From: Azolla caroliniana | Lineage: Eukaryota > Plantae > Polypodiophyta | Assembly (NCBI GenBank): GCA_043228905.1 | Contig: JBHGNT010000012.1 | Coordinates: 16,926,001 to 16,990,000 of the forward strand | Length of the DNA: 64,000 nt | Direction of reading: 5' to 3' | Shown here: piece after piece, positions 25,387 to 39,119 of the stretch | How the letters are laid out: each line of letters starts with the position of its first letter | Numbering within the stretch: the first letter of the stretch is position 1 | Program-made: the position numbers and the translations under genes | Notes under the pieces: generated by a model | What the model was told of the DNA's origin: nothing | What the model saw: the letters and a program-made list of their open reading frames with translations, nothing else | The model's database searches: none

Positions 25387-28300
25387 GTGAGGACCCCATC
25401 CTCACCCAATGCTTGCATTCTCTTGAGTGTGATGTCGGCAAGGAACTTGTATTGGCGCACATATTAAACTTAATACCCACTTATAGACCTATCAACCGAC
25501 AATTTGTACAATACACACGCCCCTTAATATAGGAAGCATGCAAGATTTACATCAAGAAATACATTGTCGTTCGGCAAACCGTTACTAACTAGCTTTCTAC
25601 TATTTACATATTTGAGGCATATAACTATTTTCGGCTATTAATATTTCCCGTTTCAGCTTCAACTTTGTCTAGCTACACACTTGTCCGGCTATACTCATTT
25701 CGACCTTCCGGTAACAACACTCCTTTTACACAATTCGGCCCTTTCACACTGTAAATTGACCTCATTGGGTAACATTTGCCATGAGTGTTTCTACGACGTT
25801 GTCGTTTTTGTTTTTGATATAATAACCAAATTGGATCTTTCTCCTCACTTCACCTTACCAATTGAGCAAATTCATCTACCTTGTAAGAGACAAGAGAATG
25901 CACCACATTGTGCTCTCCATGTAATTTCTTGTGTTTCTATGCTAGAAGGCAATGTCGTCATTTTCACTCTCTGCATTGTGGGAAATGTCTCAATCTCAAT
26001 GTGTTATGAATTGTCATAATGAATGCAATGGCAAACCTATTGCTAGAGATTTGTATTGATACAAAGCTTAAAACTTGTCGCTATACAATCACATTTCTAT
26101 ATTCTAGTTTAGATTTTCAAGAGTGGTAACATATTCCATTCATGAACGATAATTCACAAATGCAATGAATTTGTATTGTAGTGTCTTATTACTATTTCTC
26201 AATTGTAATGATGCAATGCTAAGAATAAGGTTTACCGCTACACCATAATGTTTATATATTTCAGCTTTAGATTTCATATTTAAATTGTACACTACTAAGT
26301 GTATATACTTTAAGGATTTATTGAAATGTATTGACAGAAATCTCAACATTTCAAAACTTAACACATATGTATGTTCAACATGAAACATTGACAATGATTT
26401 CAAGTATATTAAGCTTTTTATAAATATTGCATATGTATGGTGCAATTGAATTGTCATATAATTAATATATTTCTTTCTCTTTGTTTGTCAAACCAAAGTC
26501 TTCTGCTCATATCTAGACTTTGACATATCTTTGTTACACCATATCTTGATTTCCTAAACATGATGCCACATTGTTGTATGAAACACATGACCTCATTATC
26601 GAATAAAGATTGTCTCAAGGGTTGGTAGAAGAAACTACAAACCATGCTTAACTCTAAAGTTTAACTCTTTATCTTTTTGGGTAAGAAAAACAAAAAAAAA
26701 CAAAATTCTATCCATTATTTTTCATTTCATGGGGCTATAACTAGAATTCTATCCATTATTTTTCATTTCATTTCGGGGTGGATGAGCTTTGCCTCGATAA
26801 AGACTCCTCCTCTATAGGTGTGGACATGCCTAAACAGGAGCAAATTAGCTTTGCCTATATAAAGACACCCCGTCTTGATTACATACACCCACACATACAT
26901 CCACACAAAGACATATCCTAATTCACATAATTTGATATTCTAATATAGAGGGAAAACACTAGAATATTTGTGCCTTTTGAATAGATTACCAAAATGCACC
27001 TATGTGTTTTTGACATTACCCAGTAATAAGACTAATATTCCTAAAATACATCTAAGTGAACCCTTATAATTTGAATATCAAGGAGAACTCATTAGCGCCA
27101 TAATACCTCCATTCATAAGATATTTGAAGTACAATGAACTTTGGATGGTTTGATACAAAACTCATGCATACAAATAGTTTAAAACAGTAAATACAAATCA
27201 CGTATTAGAAATGCACCGCAAACAAAAGTCATTCATGATGTATTGTGTCAAAAAAGGATTTTGAATAAAAGCCTGATCTGTATATGCGATTCATGTAACT
27301 AATGGGAAGCAATTTTTCTCGTAAAAAAAAAAATGGTGTTTGGTTGTAACATGTGAAAAGGAATTCACGAGGGTTTCGTGATCAAAGGGATTTCAAAGCG
27401 AATGGTGTCGTGTCTACAAAAACACAACTTGTTAGAATTCTTATTCTTGATTCTCATGTCAATGGAATGTTTGTCGTCCAATATTATAAATCCATGCCGT
27501 ACATAAAAAGGAATCAAACATTATATCAAAGCATGGGGCAAAATGTTTCATCAATGTCTAGTTACGAGATCTAGACAATCAACATTAAAAAATCTAATTG
27601 TGTGTGCCAAATTGTTTACTCATGATATACCAACTAGTTGCATAAAATACTTGTGAGAACACTTGTATATGTTTTTGGCAATGATTCGATCGACTACTTA
27701 ATCATCAATTAGATAGCATTTGAATCAAGTTTGGATACTACCTTACGTCACGAACAATTTGTAAAGGGCACCTACATATGAAGTCATTTCACCTAATTTA
27801 ACTTTATTAGCTTGAGCAAATAATAAGTTGGAACAAACTGTTAACTTTATTCGCCAAAAACAATCCAACATGCCATTTCACAAATTGTGATGGATCTCTA
27901 GGGGTGGGTGGATAAGAAGTGAAAGGTACCCAATACCAAAATGGAATAGGCATTTTCCGCAAAAGAAAATGGCTGATGATATGCGACTTTTCTACGATTG
28001 GATGTGTTGGCTCGCTTACTCGTCGAGCTTTTGTCTTTCTTGTCTCTTTTGAAAGGATTTCTCGACAAAAGGAATGAAATAGTTGAAACAACCACTTAAA
28101 AGACTCTCATCACATAACACTTGGGGTGATTGTCCTAAATGGCCCCTCCCTAGAACCTTACGAAAATATGGGCATTGGATCCTTTTCTTTCTTTACACCA
28201 CTACATATATTATAAGTCTCCTTCCCATGTTCTCTTGTCTCCTTTTATCCCCACCTTAATTCCTTTCCAATGGCTACTAGGTGTGTTTTTCATTTGTCTT

Positions 28301-28455
28301 TGCTTTGATATTTGTTGCATTATATGTTTGATCAATTGTTCAAATTTTAGAAGGGCCTCATGGACCCCACCAATCTTTGTTCCAACCTGTTCATGGACTA
28401 CTCTAAATAAAGAGTGTGTGTATGCTAACCCATATTAGCTCACATCACACCTACC

Positions 28456-30252
28456 ATGGTTTCTCTTGCACCCTCACAACTAGAAGCTTCCATGCCCTCT
28501 CCTCTTCCTTCAGGCTCTTCACGAATCGAGAGGGGAAACATTGCGGCTTTGGATGATCGAAAGCAAACAAGCTTCATTGCCCCTTGCAAGAAGGTTCCCA
28601 AACTCCCGTCCGAGGCCGGCATCCATCTCCCCAATGGGTGTTACCGCGCCACAAGCAACAAAGTTGTCCATTATCAAGACAATTGTCCTTCTCGAGACGT
28701 AAAGGGCAAAGCCTCCCCCTTATCTCATCTCGGAAGGATCGAAAACACGCCACATTCGCCATGGCTTGATGCTAATCATGGAAGTCCCCAAGGAGCTTCC
28801 CTCTCTTGGCTTTCTACCCTGTTCTCTAGAAGAAAGCATGTGGAAAAGAAAAACACCAGGCATAGCTTTGGTGTCGACACCACCATTATCGATGATGCTA
28901 GGAAGAATGAGCGGGCACGCGGGAAAAACGGCTTTGGGGTTGCTTTTCATGCCAAAATGATGATCGATGGCGATGATACAATCATGTCAAGTTGCAATGG
29001 ATGCAATGCCATGACTAGAACCAACAATCCAATGATTGGTACCAATGATACAATGATTGGCATCAACGATACAATGATTGCCACCAATGATACCATCATT
29101 CATGGTGGTGTTGATGATGGTGCCATGACGATCGATGCAGGTAGTCATGGTGAGCTTGATACAAGGATCGATGAAGGTAGAAATGGAGATGCCGATACCT
29201 TGATCGATGGTGATGGTGATGGTGATGGTGCAGGCAGATTGAGATGGGAACCGCCGAGGTCTTCGTCATGGGAGCAACTCTCCTCATGGGAGAAGCCAAT
29301 GTCCACAACCAAGTCCAAACTGTCATTATCCTCATCATCATCATCATCATCATCACCATCACCATCATTATACACTAATCACCATGTGTATCCACTGAAT
29401 TCTTTACATGTAGATCAACACCAGGGTCATCACAATGAAGCCGAGAACACCTGCCTGCCGAAGCCCCTCCATGATGATCCCCCCTGCAAGCCATGGCACA
29501 TGACCAGGAAAGCATCCTTGCTCCACAAGTTCTGGAGCCTAAGCCAAGATGCTCTGGCCTATCTTCAACTTCCTCAAAATCCCAATCCCAATCCCAATAT
29601 TCATAACCACAGTCCCAATCCCAATCCCAATCTTGATCGCAATCTCAACGGAAATCTTAACGGAAATCTTGATCGCAATCTCAATCCCGACCACAATCGC
29701 GATTCCCGACCTAATCGGAATCCCAACAAAAACCACGATCCAAGATCAGATCAGAATCCCAACCACAAGCTCAATCCCAGTTACAAATTCAATCTCAACC
29801 ACAGCCACAATCTCAACCATAGGAATGTGAAGGAGGGGGCGATGGCATACACCATGGCCTCATCTTCTACTCCTGTTCCACTTCCGGTTCCTTCTTTTTC
29901 AGCTTCCACAAGATCTTCGGACCATTATCATCAGATCTGCAACAACTACTACTATTCTTCTGCTTACTACAACACTATATTCAACTGCTCCTCTACCCCA
30001 TCCTCCTCCTCTTCATCATCATCATCATCATCATTATCATCAATATCATCATCATCATCTTCTTCTTCTTGTGTTCCTGGTGCTACAAAGCCCAACACAC
30101 CAAGAGCAGGAACGGGGACTTCAAGGCCCACCACACCAAGGGCAGGAACAGATCAAGGCCTTCTCAGGCTCTACCTGGCACCAAACGTGTTCACCTTCAG
30201 GGCAAGAAACAGGCACACGCCACGCCATCGCCGATGTCTCTCCCAAACATAA
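28456..30252 (+). CDS. Uncharacterised 598-aa low-complexity protein, single exon
   Basis: 1.8-kb open frame, ACCATGG start context, TATA-like TATATTATAAG near 28206, microsatellite-rich 3' flank like that of PEX11B; no domain recognised. Confidence 0.6.
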   Translation: MVSLAPSQLEASMPSPLPSGSSRIERGNIAALDDRKQTSFIAPCKKVPKLPSEAGIHLPNGCYRATSNKVVHYQDNCPSRDVKGKASPLSHLGRIENTPHSPWLDANHGSPQGASLSWLSTLFSRRKHVEKKNTRHSFGVDTTIIDDARKNERARGKNGFGVAFHAKMMIDGDDTIMSSCNGCNAMTRTNNPMIGTNDTMIGINDTMIATNDTIIHGGVDDGAMTIDAGSHGELDTRIDEGRNGDADTLIDGDGDGDGAGRLRWEPPRSSSWEQLSSWEKPMSTTKSKLSLSSSSSSSSSPSPSLYTNHHVYPLNSLHVDQHQGHHNEAENTCLPKPLHDDPPCKPWHMTRKASLLHKFWSLSQDALAYLQLPQNPNPNPNIHNHSPNPNPNLDRNLNGNLNGNLDRNLNPDHNRDSRPNRNPNKNHDPRSDQNPNHKLNPSYKFNLNHSHNLNHRNVKEGAMAYTMASSSTPVPLPVPSFSASTRSSDHYHQICNNYYYSSAYYNTIFNCSSTPSSSSSSSSSSSLSSISSSSSSSSCVPGATKPNTPRAGTGTSRPTTPRAGTDQGLLRLYLAPNVFTFRARNRHTPRHRRCLSQT

Positions 30253-30294
30253 AACCCTAAAAAAAACCCTAAACCCTAAACCCTAAACCCTAAA
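30251..30294. repeat. Interstitial telomere-type (AAACCCT)n
   Basis: About five units directly at the stop codon, followed by (GT)n and (GA)n. Confidence 0.9.
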
Positions 30295-30776
30295 ATCCCC
30301 CAAAATAACCTAGTGTGTGCATATGTGTGTGTGTGTGTGTGTGTGTGTATTGTGTGTGTGTGTGTGAGAGAGAGAGACTTTGGGTCAAGAGAGACTTTTG
30401 GGTCAAGAGAGACTTTTGGGTCTAATCCTTGACCCGATTCTATGTTGTTCCTGACTCGTGGCCTCTTTGACTTTGCGGTCAATAGAGAACTTTCCCCATC
30501 CTTGACCCGATGTTATGTGCCAATCCTTTTTTACCCAGGGCCTCAATCAAGACTCGAGGGTCAAGAGAGACTTCTGATCCTTAGACCCCGATGTTGTTGT
30601 TGTTGTTGTTGTTGCTCTGCACCTTGACCTCGTGACTCTGCTTCCCTTGACTTGTGCCCTTGACCCATGCCCTTGATCCGATACCGCGCTTCCCTTGTCA
30701 TTTCTCGCCTTCTTTATCCAATGCTAATAATTCGCGGTATCTTTAGTCACAACTTTTGTTTGTTTGTTTGAGTGTG

Positions 30777-30808
<32 letters not shown>

Positions 30809-30830
30809 TGTGTATGTATATGTATATGTA

Positions 30831-31032
30831 TATCGATGATTTCATACAAAAAACATTCATTCGTCTAGGCATCGACTCATTGCATTTTGTCTTCTTGCCA
30901 TCACATGGTTCTCTTTTACTTCTCTTATATGTATATGTACTATATGCTTATAGATGATTTCATACAAAAAACAATTCATTCTTTTGGGAATCGACTCATT
31001 GCATTGTGTCTTCTTGCCATCACATGGTTCCC
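30831..31032. repeat. ~118-bp tandem duplication next to (GTAT)n
   Basis: GATGATTTCATACAAAAAAC...ATCGACTCATTGCATT...CTTCTTGCCATCACATGGTTC occurs twice. Confidence 0.85.
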
Positions 31033-31837
31033 TTGTACTTCTCGCCTCAAGTTTCAACGATATATGAAATCAGATCGAATGTATCTTTCTATCCCAAGTG
31101 TGGATCATTTCCTCTAAACAGTTCATTCTAGGGCTCTTGATGTTTTATCTTCATGTTGGTGTATCAGCAATGTTGGGGTCTTGTGCTGTTGTTGTTGGCT
31201 CAATGCATGGAATCACCCGAGTCTGTTGACTTGATTTGAGGCTCTCTTGTGCTCATCTGACTGTTCGATATCATCCACCTTGATTCCATGCTTACCAACT
31301 CAACAATGGGATATATCTCGCTCTCCCCTCTTCATCAAATCACCCACATTTTGGCAAGAGTTGTGATCCCACTTTCACATGGCAATGTGATTATACTCTC
31401 CATCATTGGGATATCACTTTTTAACATCATTGTGTGTAGAGCATGACCTCAATTATTTTAGGAAGGGTCGTGATTCTCGAGTTGAAGATTCATGTTTTAT
31501 GTTACGATGATGAATGATATTTAGATAGTGTATGTGTATCAACAATATCTCTCTCAATTGCATGTGTTGACAGTGTGTGATCTTGGTTCCAAGACTTATA
31601 TGTACAACAGTTCAAAATATACAAAAATTTAGCATTATCATTGTTTCATAAGAAATTTGTGTCATTCAACAATCACTTCATATTTCAAATTTCCATATAT
31701 TTAGATTTTTATGTATGGAAGTTATATGCCCGCCTTTGAAGATTGTAACTTGTAAGATTACACAATTCATAGTCAAGACTCAATACAATGCCATATGCAT
31801 GCATTTTCTTTTTTTGTCGTAATGTAATGCAAACTAG

Positions 31838-32380
31838 TAATAATGGGACTGGTTGGGTTTGATTTCTTTGCCTTGAAAGCAAATCGAACCAAACCATTTA
31901 TATAACATAAAAACCAAACCAAACCGTTTATGACCTCTCAAGCCATTTAAACCAAACAATTTAGGAAAAGGTAAAGCAAACCATTTAAACCCAAACCGTT
32001 TCAGGAAAAGTTAAACCAATTTGAACCATTTAATAAAAAATCTAAACCTAACCATTTAAGTCGAACTAATTAAAAATCTAAATAAACAAAAAAACATTGA
32101 ATTAAATAAGCATTTAACTTAAATTTATTAAATCAATAAAAAAAACATTAAATTAAATAAGCATTTAAATTAAATTAATTAAATCAATTAAAAAACTACA
32201 TATTAAATTAATAAACCATTAAGGGGAGAAAAAGTTAACAAAACACCACGAAACCTATAAACTGATAAACTTGAGTTTTAGAACCAAACTGAAGCATTTA
32301 TTAAAAAAGTTTGGAGCCAATAAACCGTTACCATGGCTCAACGGTTCAGTTTGGCTGAGTCGAAACCGGGCCCATAGCTA
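31838..32380. mobile_element. hAT-type MITE, copy 2
   Basis: Perfect 8-bp TSD CAAACTAG (31830-31837, 32381-32388); right TIR GCCCATAGCTA, decayed left TIR TAATAATGGGAC; similar to 23159-23603. Confidence 0.88.
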
Positions 32381-35249
32381 CAAACTAGTTAGGTAGTGGT
32401 GTCACAAAACAACTTACTCCAAAGTATCATGGCCAATAAACTATTCAACTCACTGCCTTCGACAATGCCACACATAGAATGAACATTACTTGAACAAACT
32501 CCAAACATAACTTATATTTGAATTTCTTGTTAAGATATATGCAACTTTGAGTTCAAGGTAAAAAGCTTAAATAGGTTGGTTGTAGATGTGAAGATTCTGG
32601 CTGGTTTGGGAAATATGCACATGCAAAATTTTTAAAGAATTTTTTTTAGTGTTGTTGTATGATGGTTATGCATATATATTATTTTATGTTTAACCTGAGA
32701 AAGCGTAAGAGGTGCTGTCTTGAAATGCTTGATGCTTAGGAGATGGTCATGCCATAATTTGCCTTAAATTAATATATTAACATCACTCCCTCCTTTAAAA
32801 AATGCACTCTTGCAATAAAAAGAAGAAGTGATGTGAGTTTTTTAAAGTTGTCTCTTTCTCTCCTGAGGCATCATCAAATAGTATGATTGGCCATTTAATC
32901 ATAAATTCTTAAATTGATTCGAGCTGTGGATTTTTTAGTTTGAAATAGAGAATGCATTGTAGCACATGAGTAACCAGATCCTTACCAAATATTGTGATGT
33001 CATTAGAACCCAAGAGTTCTGTCAAGTAAATGAATATGAACACCATAAGGAAGATGTAGATGATAGGTAGATGTGGCCGACATAACATGGGGCTAATTTT
33101 GCAAAGTCGCCCAAAGATAATGTTTTAGAATGACAAGACAAGCAAAAAGACTTTTTGTCTAGGAACATACATGAGGATGTTGATGATTATCAACATAAAA
33201 GTGTGCCCTATCTTGATAAATCTTAACATTATCTCGTGCAATATATGAAATTTCTTGCAAAACAAATTGTGTGCTCTTTAATATGTGACGATGTGTATTA
33301 ACATCAATTAGAGCTCATGATTGGAAGCCATACATCAACATAAAATGACAAAAATACGAAGACGGTTGAACATAAGTAGTACATCTTGATTTGGTTGATT
33401 CCATTTTTAGCTTTAGTGGGAGACTTTTGCATGACATTATTTTAAATACGATTAGTTGGAGCACTTTATGGTTGAATGCCAATATCATGGTGAACCATCA
33501 CCGAAGGCGGATCACCACTCCATCCAACCTCGATGCTCAACATGTCACCGAACACGAGCTTGTAACAAATGATCCCATGTAGGTGGCCATGACAACAATG
33601 CCACTCTTAGAACACTTCCCTGAGACCTTGTTAAGATGTCTTCCTTGTTAGGGATGGCCACTAGACTCCAAAACAAGTTGGACACCTTAATTCATACACA
33701 CTTAAATGACCATCAACAAGTCCAACTTCGCACACAACATAGCTTTGACTTGGTGAACTAACTTGAAAAGGCAACAAGAGATATCTTCACATATGCTCTT
33801 GTTCGAGTATCCACTACAAGCCTGTGTGAAGGACTTGAACATCAACTAGAAAAATCAAGTGTTGTGTGAACGAGCAACCAAGTAGACCATCGTCACTCGG
33901 AGGAACGATTGTGGACCTCCACAACTGAATCACCATCATTCAAGCTTGTTTCTAGTCCCACCAAGAGGAGTTTATAACACAAAAAAACTAGGAGGTAGTT
34001 TGCCTCATTGAGCTCCTATGTGAGAATGATTGACAACTTGGGATAGTCATGGACCTCATGGAGGATGTCATGAAATTAACCATAAGGGGTAACATTATTT
34101 CTTCAAAGTCACCATCAATGGTGACCACTCGAGTCCTAACCATATACTCAAATGACTCAATTCATAATCGAGCTCTTGGTTTCCACTCACACCTTGAAAG
34201 TGATAATTGATGCAAGCTAAACAAACCTTACATAGCTTGACGACCATCTTTTCAACCATTGAATGCTCGAGATTTGTTGAAGTCATCCCATTCGTGAACA
34301 AACAATTGACACTCTTTATGCTATATCTTGGAGACACTATTGATGAGTTGCCAAATGTGAAGGACCATTTCCATTACTCCTCTCGGAAGGGATGGTGTTG
34401 CTACACATTCCCATTTTTGTGCCTTTCTAGTGGATTCTCTCATTCTTGAGATTTAGACTAGAGCTCTCCTTCCTTCCTTTCTTGTGTCACTTTTTATACG
34501 ATTAGTGCTAAGCGCTTCAACATGAGCCCAAAGTTTCCACGAATATTCTTGTATGTGTGTTGTGGTGTATCTTTAACTAATTGAAGCATGGTTTTTCTAT
34601 TTGTGCATACATTTATATTTCATTAAGTAATAAGGCTAACACTTGATCCCTATTGAGGTTGTAAAGAATCGGGTATGATTCTTGTGTAGCGGAAGAGATG
34701 TGTGTTATGTGTATGAGTGAGAGGAATTAGAGGAGAGATGAGAGAACACAAGATAGATAGAAAAAGGAATACTCAAGAAGAAGGTGTATATTACACAAGT
34801 AGAATAAGAATTACAAAATGTAGCACAATAAGGAGTCACAACCAACTTAGTATAAAGTATGAGGAGGGTGCTTTATATAGAGTCACCCTCTCTCTTCATT
34901 AACTTTACAACAACCACTCTCTTTCTTGGGGAACGTGAAGACTCATAGTCAAGGGAAATATGTAACTCATTAGTTATGTGTCACAGAATATGATTCTATG
35001 ACACATAGTTAATGTGTAGAGAGTAGTGGTGTGACTCTTGACTTTTGAGTAATCACGGATTCTTAAAAGGTGTGTTCACACGTCGCACTATGTTGAGCTT
35101 GATTCTCAACACGCCCCCTCAAGCTCAACTCGGGTCGGTTCCTTTTGATTGATGTATGCTTCAGTTGGTATCCGGTTCGGACAATCTCCAGTGTCTGCTT
35201 CGGCTCGTACCCGGTTCGGACGGTATCCAACTCTCGCTTGTACTCCTCC

Positions 35250-38200
35250 TCAAGCTTGGCAAGTCAGGAATCGTCAATCCGAGGTCTGACATGAATTGCT
35301 GAAGCTTGTCGGCTCCTAAGGCTTTGGTGAAGATGTCGGTTGTCTAAAGATTCGTGTTGATGTGTTGAAGGTCGATATCTTCGGCCTGTACGCACTCTCG
35401 AATGAAGTGATAGTGCACTTCGATATGCTTTGTGCATGTGTGGAACACCGGGTTCCGAGCCAGATGTATACTGCTCATGTTGTCGCAATAAATGGGAGTC
35501 AAATCCTTGATGGGGAGGCCCAGATCCTTCAAAATCCTCTTGAGCCATACGACTTCACATGCAGCTACGACTACACCCTTGTATTCGGTCTCCGTACTCG
35601 AAAGTGTGACGATAGGCTGATTCTCACTACTCCAAGATATTGCTTTGCTACCGAGCGAGAAGACAAATCCAGAGGTCGATCGTCGATCGGCTTTGTAGCC
35701 TGCCCAGTCCGCGTCTGTGTACCCTTCGAGTCGTATTGGTGTGGCTAATGCGTAGAAAACGCCGTAATCCATTGTGCTGCTCACGTATCGTAATACTCGC
35801 TTAGCACAATTGAAATGGATATCTCGCGGAGTTTGCATGAATTGGCTAAGGAGTCCAACTGGATAGCTAAGGTCGGGTCGAGTGATCGTGAGATAGATGA
35901 GGCTCCCGATCAGTTGACGATATTGGGTCGGCTCACACTCTTTTGTGCCTGAGTCGGCATCCAATATAAGGTTTCGATCGAGAGGGGTTGCCACAGATTT
36001 ACATTGAGTCATCCCGAACTTGTATAACAAGTTGAGGATGTAGTGCCGTTAGGAGATCATAATGCCGACCGGAGTCCAAATTACCTCGATGCCTAGGAAG
36101 TAATGAAGCTCCTTCATGTCCGTCATCTCGAATTTGTTGGAGAGGAGGGACTTCACCTTCTTGATGTCGACTAGACTTTCACCTCCAATGACCAGATCAT
36201 CCACGTATAGGAAGGCTTCTAGAGTCGTGTCGTACGTAGAGGGAGTTGTCGGATTTCGACATTCGAAAGCCGATTTGATGAAGATATTGTGTAATCTTCG
36301 AATGCCAAGCACACGGTGCTCGTAGAGAGGCTTCTTGAGTTGGCATACAACTTTTGGATGAATGCACGATTCGAAGCCGAGTGGTTGTACCATGTACACC
36401 TCCTCGTCTAATTCGCCTTGAAGAAAGGCGTTCTTGACGTCCATTTGGTGGAGGTGCCACCCTTTTGTCGCTCCAAGTGTGATCACGGTCCGCACCATCT
36501 TCATCTTTGCCACCGGGGCAAAGGTCTCTTCATAGTCGACTCCATGTGTTTGTGCGTATCCTTTCACTATGACTGGAGCTTTGTAACGGTTTACGGAGTT
36601 GTCGGCATTACACTTCACCTTGTAGATCCATATGCAGCCAATTGCCTTCTTGTGCGGTGAGTGGGGAACGAGATCCCATGTCTCGTTCTTGGAGAGTGCT
36701 TGCATCTCCTTATTCATCGCTTCAACCCATCTGGGGTCCGTCGCGGCTTCGGAAAATGTTTCCGGCTCTTGTACTGTTGCTACCTTTATCATAAAAGCAT
36801 AATGGTATGCCATATAATTGTTGTAGCCGAATCCGCTTACGGGGTTCTTTTCACGGGTGGATCGGCGGAGCTTCTCGTTTGCGGATACTACGGCTTTCTC
36901 CGCTCCATTTGTCCGGATCTCAAGGCCTTTGAACTCACTATCGAGGGAGTGAGTCGATTCGTTGCCGTTGAAGTGATCATCTTCATACTCCGGCATTTTC
37001 ACCTTCCCTTTGTCCATCTTTGGACTCGGCCGAGATGTGCTTTGATCGCTCGGGGGCTCTTGTGGCCCACTAAGCCTTGTCGTAATTGGGCTTTCTTCGA
37101 ACATGCGTGTGAGTCAATCTTCGGCTTCTATCTCTATTTCAGCGGAATTCGGGTCGAGCGAAATCAAAGTCGAAGTTGTCTCTTGTGCGTACCATGATGC
37201 AGACTCGTCGAAAACGACGTCTCGACTTACTCGAGATTTTCGAGTTGAGGGGTTGTAGCACTTGTACCCCTTTTGCTCTAGTGAGTATCCTACAAGGATA
37301 CATTTCTCCGACTTCGGGTCAAGCTTTTGACGCTTCTCGTCGGGGATGTGCACGTATGCAATGGAGCCGAATATCCGAACATGCGATAGGTCCGGCTTCT
37401 TTCCGAAGAACTTCTCGTGCGGAGTAAGTTTGTGCACACCCGATGTCGTACACCGATTCATGAGATAGACGGCCGTGTTAGCTGCTTCCGCCCAATACAA
37501 TTTCAACATGTGCTTTTCGTTAAGCATAGCCCATGCCACTTCGAGGATGTGCCAATTCTTGCGTTCGGCCACTCCGTTTTGTTGTGGTGTATGTCGACAC
37601 GAAAACTCTTGTTGTATTCCGTCTTTCCATAGAAATGCCGAAAATTCGTCGGAGAAGTACTCCTTGCCTCCATCCGACCGAAGACATCGTACATGTTGGC
37701 TCGTGGCTTTCTCGACTTCATTCTTGAATTTTTGGAAGTGTCCGAACACTTCACTCTTTTGCCGCATCGGGTGGTAGATCCAAGTGTGCCTAGAGAAGTC
37801 GTCGATGAAGGTCACATAGTATCGGCATCTGCTGAATGTCGCCGTTTGAGCCAGTATACATCAGAATGAATTATGTCGAGTACGCCTTTGCTCATGTTCC
37901 GCTCCTTTGGAAATGGGTGCCGATGTTGCTTGCCAAATTGGCAAGCAGCACACACGCCTTCAATCTCTTTCTCCGTGAATGTCGGGAGCCCGATGACGAC
38001 TCCTTTCAATTGGATTGCCTTGAGCTTTTGGAGGTTGATATGGCCAATCCGCTTGTGCTATAGCTCTATGTCGGAATCGACTTTCATGCCCTTTGCGAAC
38101 ATCGCCGATTTCATCTTGTGTGAGTCGAAAATGAACATTCGGCCCTCTCTTTGTCCATGAGTGATGAGTTGGCCCTCTTTTTCGATGAAGCAACCACCTT

Positions 38201-39119
38201 GATTAAATCGTACTTGCATTCCTTGCTCTACAATTTGGCCGACGGAGACCAAATTCTTCGTGATAGTTGGTACATGCAAGACATTTTTAATATAAGTTTG
38301 CTTACCTTCTTCTTCGAACGGAACATTGCCGATGTGCCGAATCAGGTGCATAGTGTTGTCTCCGGTTTCGACATTGCCGGGTTGGTCCGGCTCTCGAAGT
38401 TCTCGGAACCATTCTTGATGCGAAGTCATATGGTTCGAGGCACCGGAATCAACGAACCATATGTCTTCCGAACCGGAGGCACTAGTAGAAGTAGAGGCCG
38501 ATATAGAATTCGCTTAGAGCATGTGGCCTTCCGAGGCGTTGCTCCTTGTTCGAACATGGTTTTCTTCGACCAACAACACAGACTGAAGATCGAAGGAGGG
38601 TGGATTCTCCCATGCTAGTACGACGGTCCGCATCGCGCCGAATCGTGGTGCAAGGCCGCCGAGGCATATTTGCACCATCTCATCATCGTCCACATTGACG
38701 CTTATCGAGCCAAGCGAGTCGCAAAGCTCCTTGATCTTCAAGGTGTAGCTTGTGATGGACATATCCCTTTGTTGGATGTTGTTCAACTCTTGGCAGAGTT
38801 GAAGCTTTCTCGCGGTAGTGTTGGCAGTGAAAATCTTTTGTAGATTCTCCCACGCTTCCTTCGGCGTCTCGGCTTCTCGAATGTACCCGAGCATGTGGTC
38901 ATGAACACATGTCGCCAAGCAATACATCACTCGGCTTGCCGCTTGCTCCCACATTGCATAGTTGGTGTCTTCCGAGTCGGGTAGGTTTTCTTGTGCTCCC
39001 TTGATGTAACCCCAATAGCCTTGGCCGACAAGGTATTGGTGCATCTTGTACTCCCAAGATGCGAAGTTGTTTCAGTCCAACTTCTCGCTAGGGAGAGTGA
39101 TCCCCATTTGAGTATTCAT
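35250..39119 (-). pseudogene. Copia gag-pol with stops and frameshifts
   Basis: Gag (MHQYLVGQGYW), protease (WFVDSGASNHMT region), HxxxGH..CAAC zinc motif, integrase (FIDDFSR, RSDGGKEY, QQNGVAERKN), RT (QMDVKNAFL, LYVDDL), RNase H (YTDADWA, YCDN). Confidence 0.93.

Noticed and set aside
32400-34650. Possible old retroelement hosting the copia
   Set aside because: No motif could be recognised with confidence.
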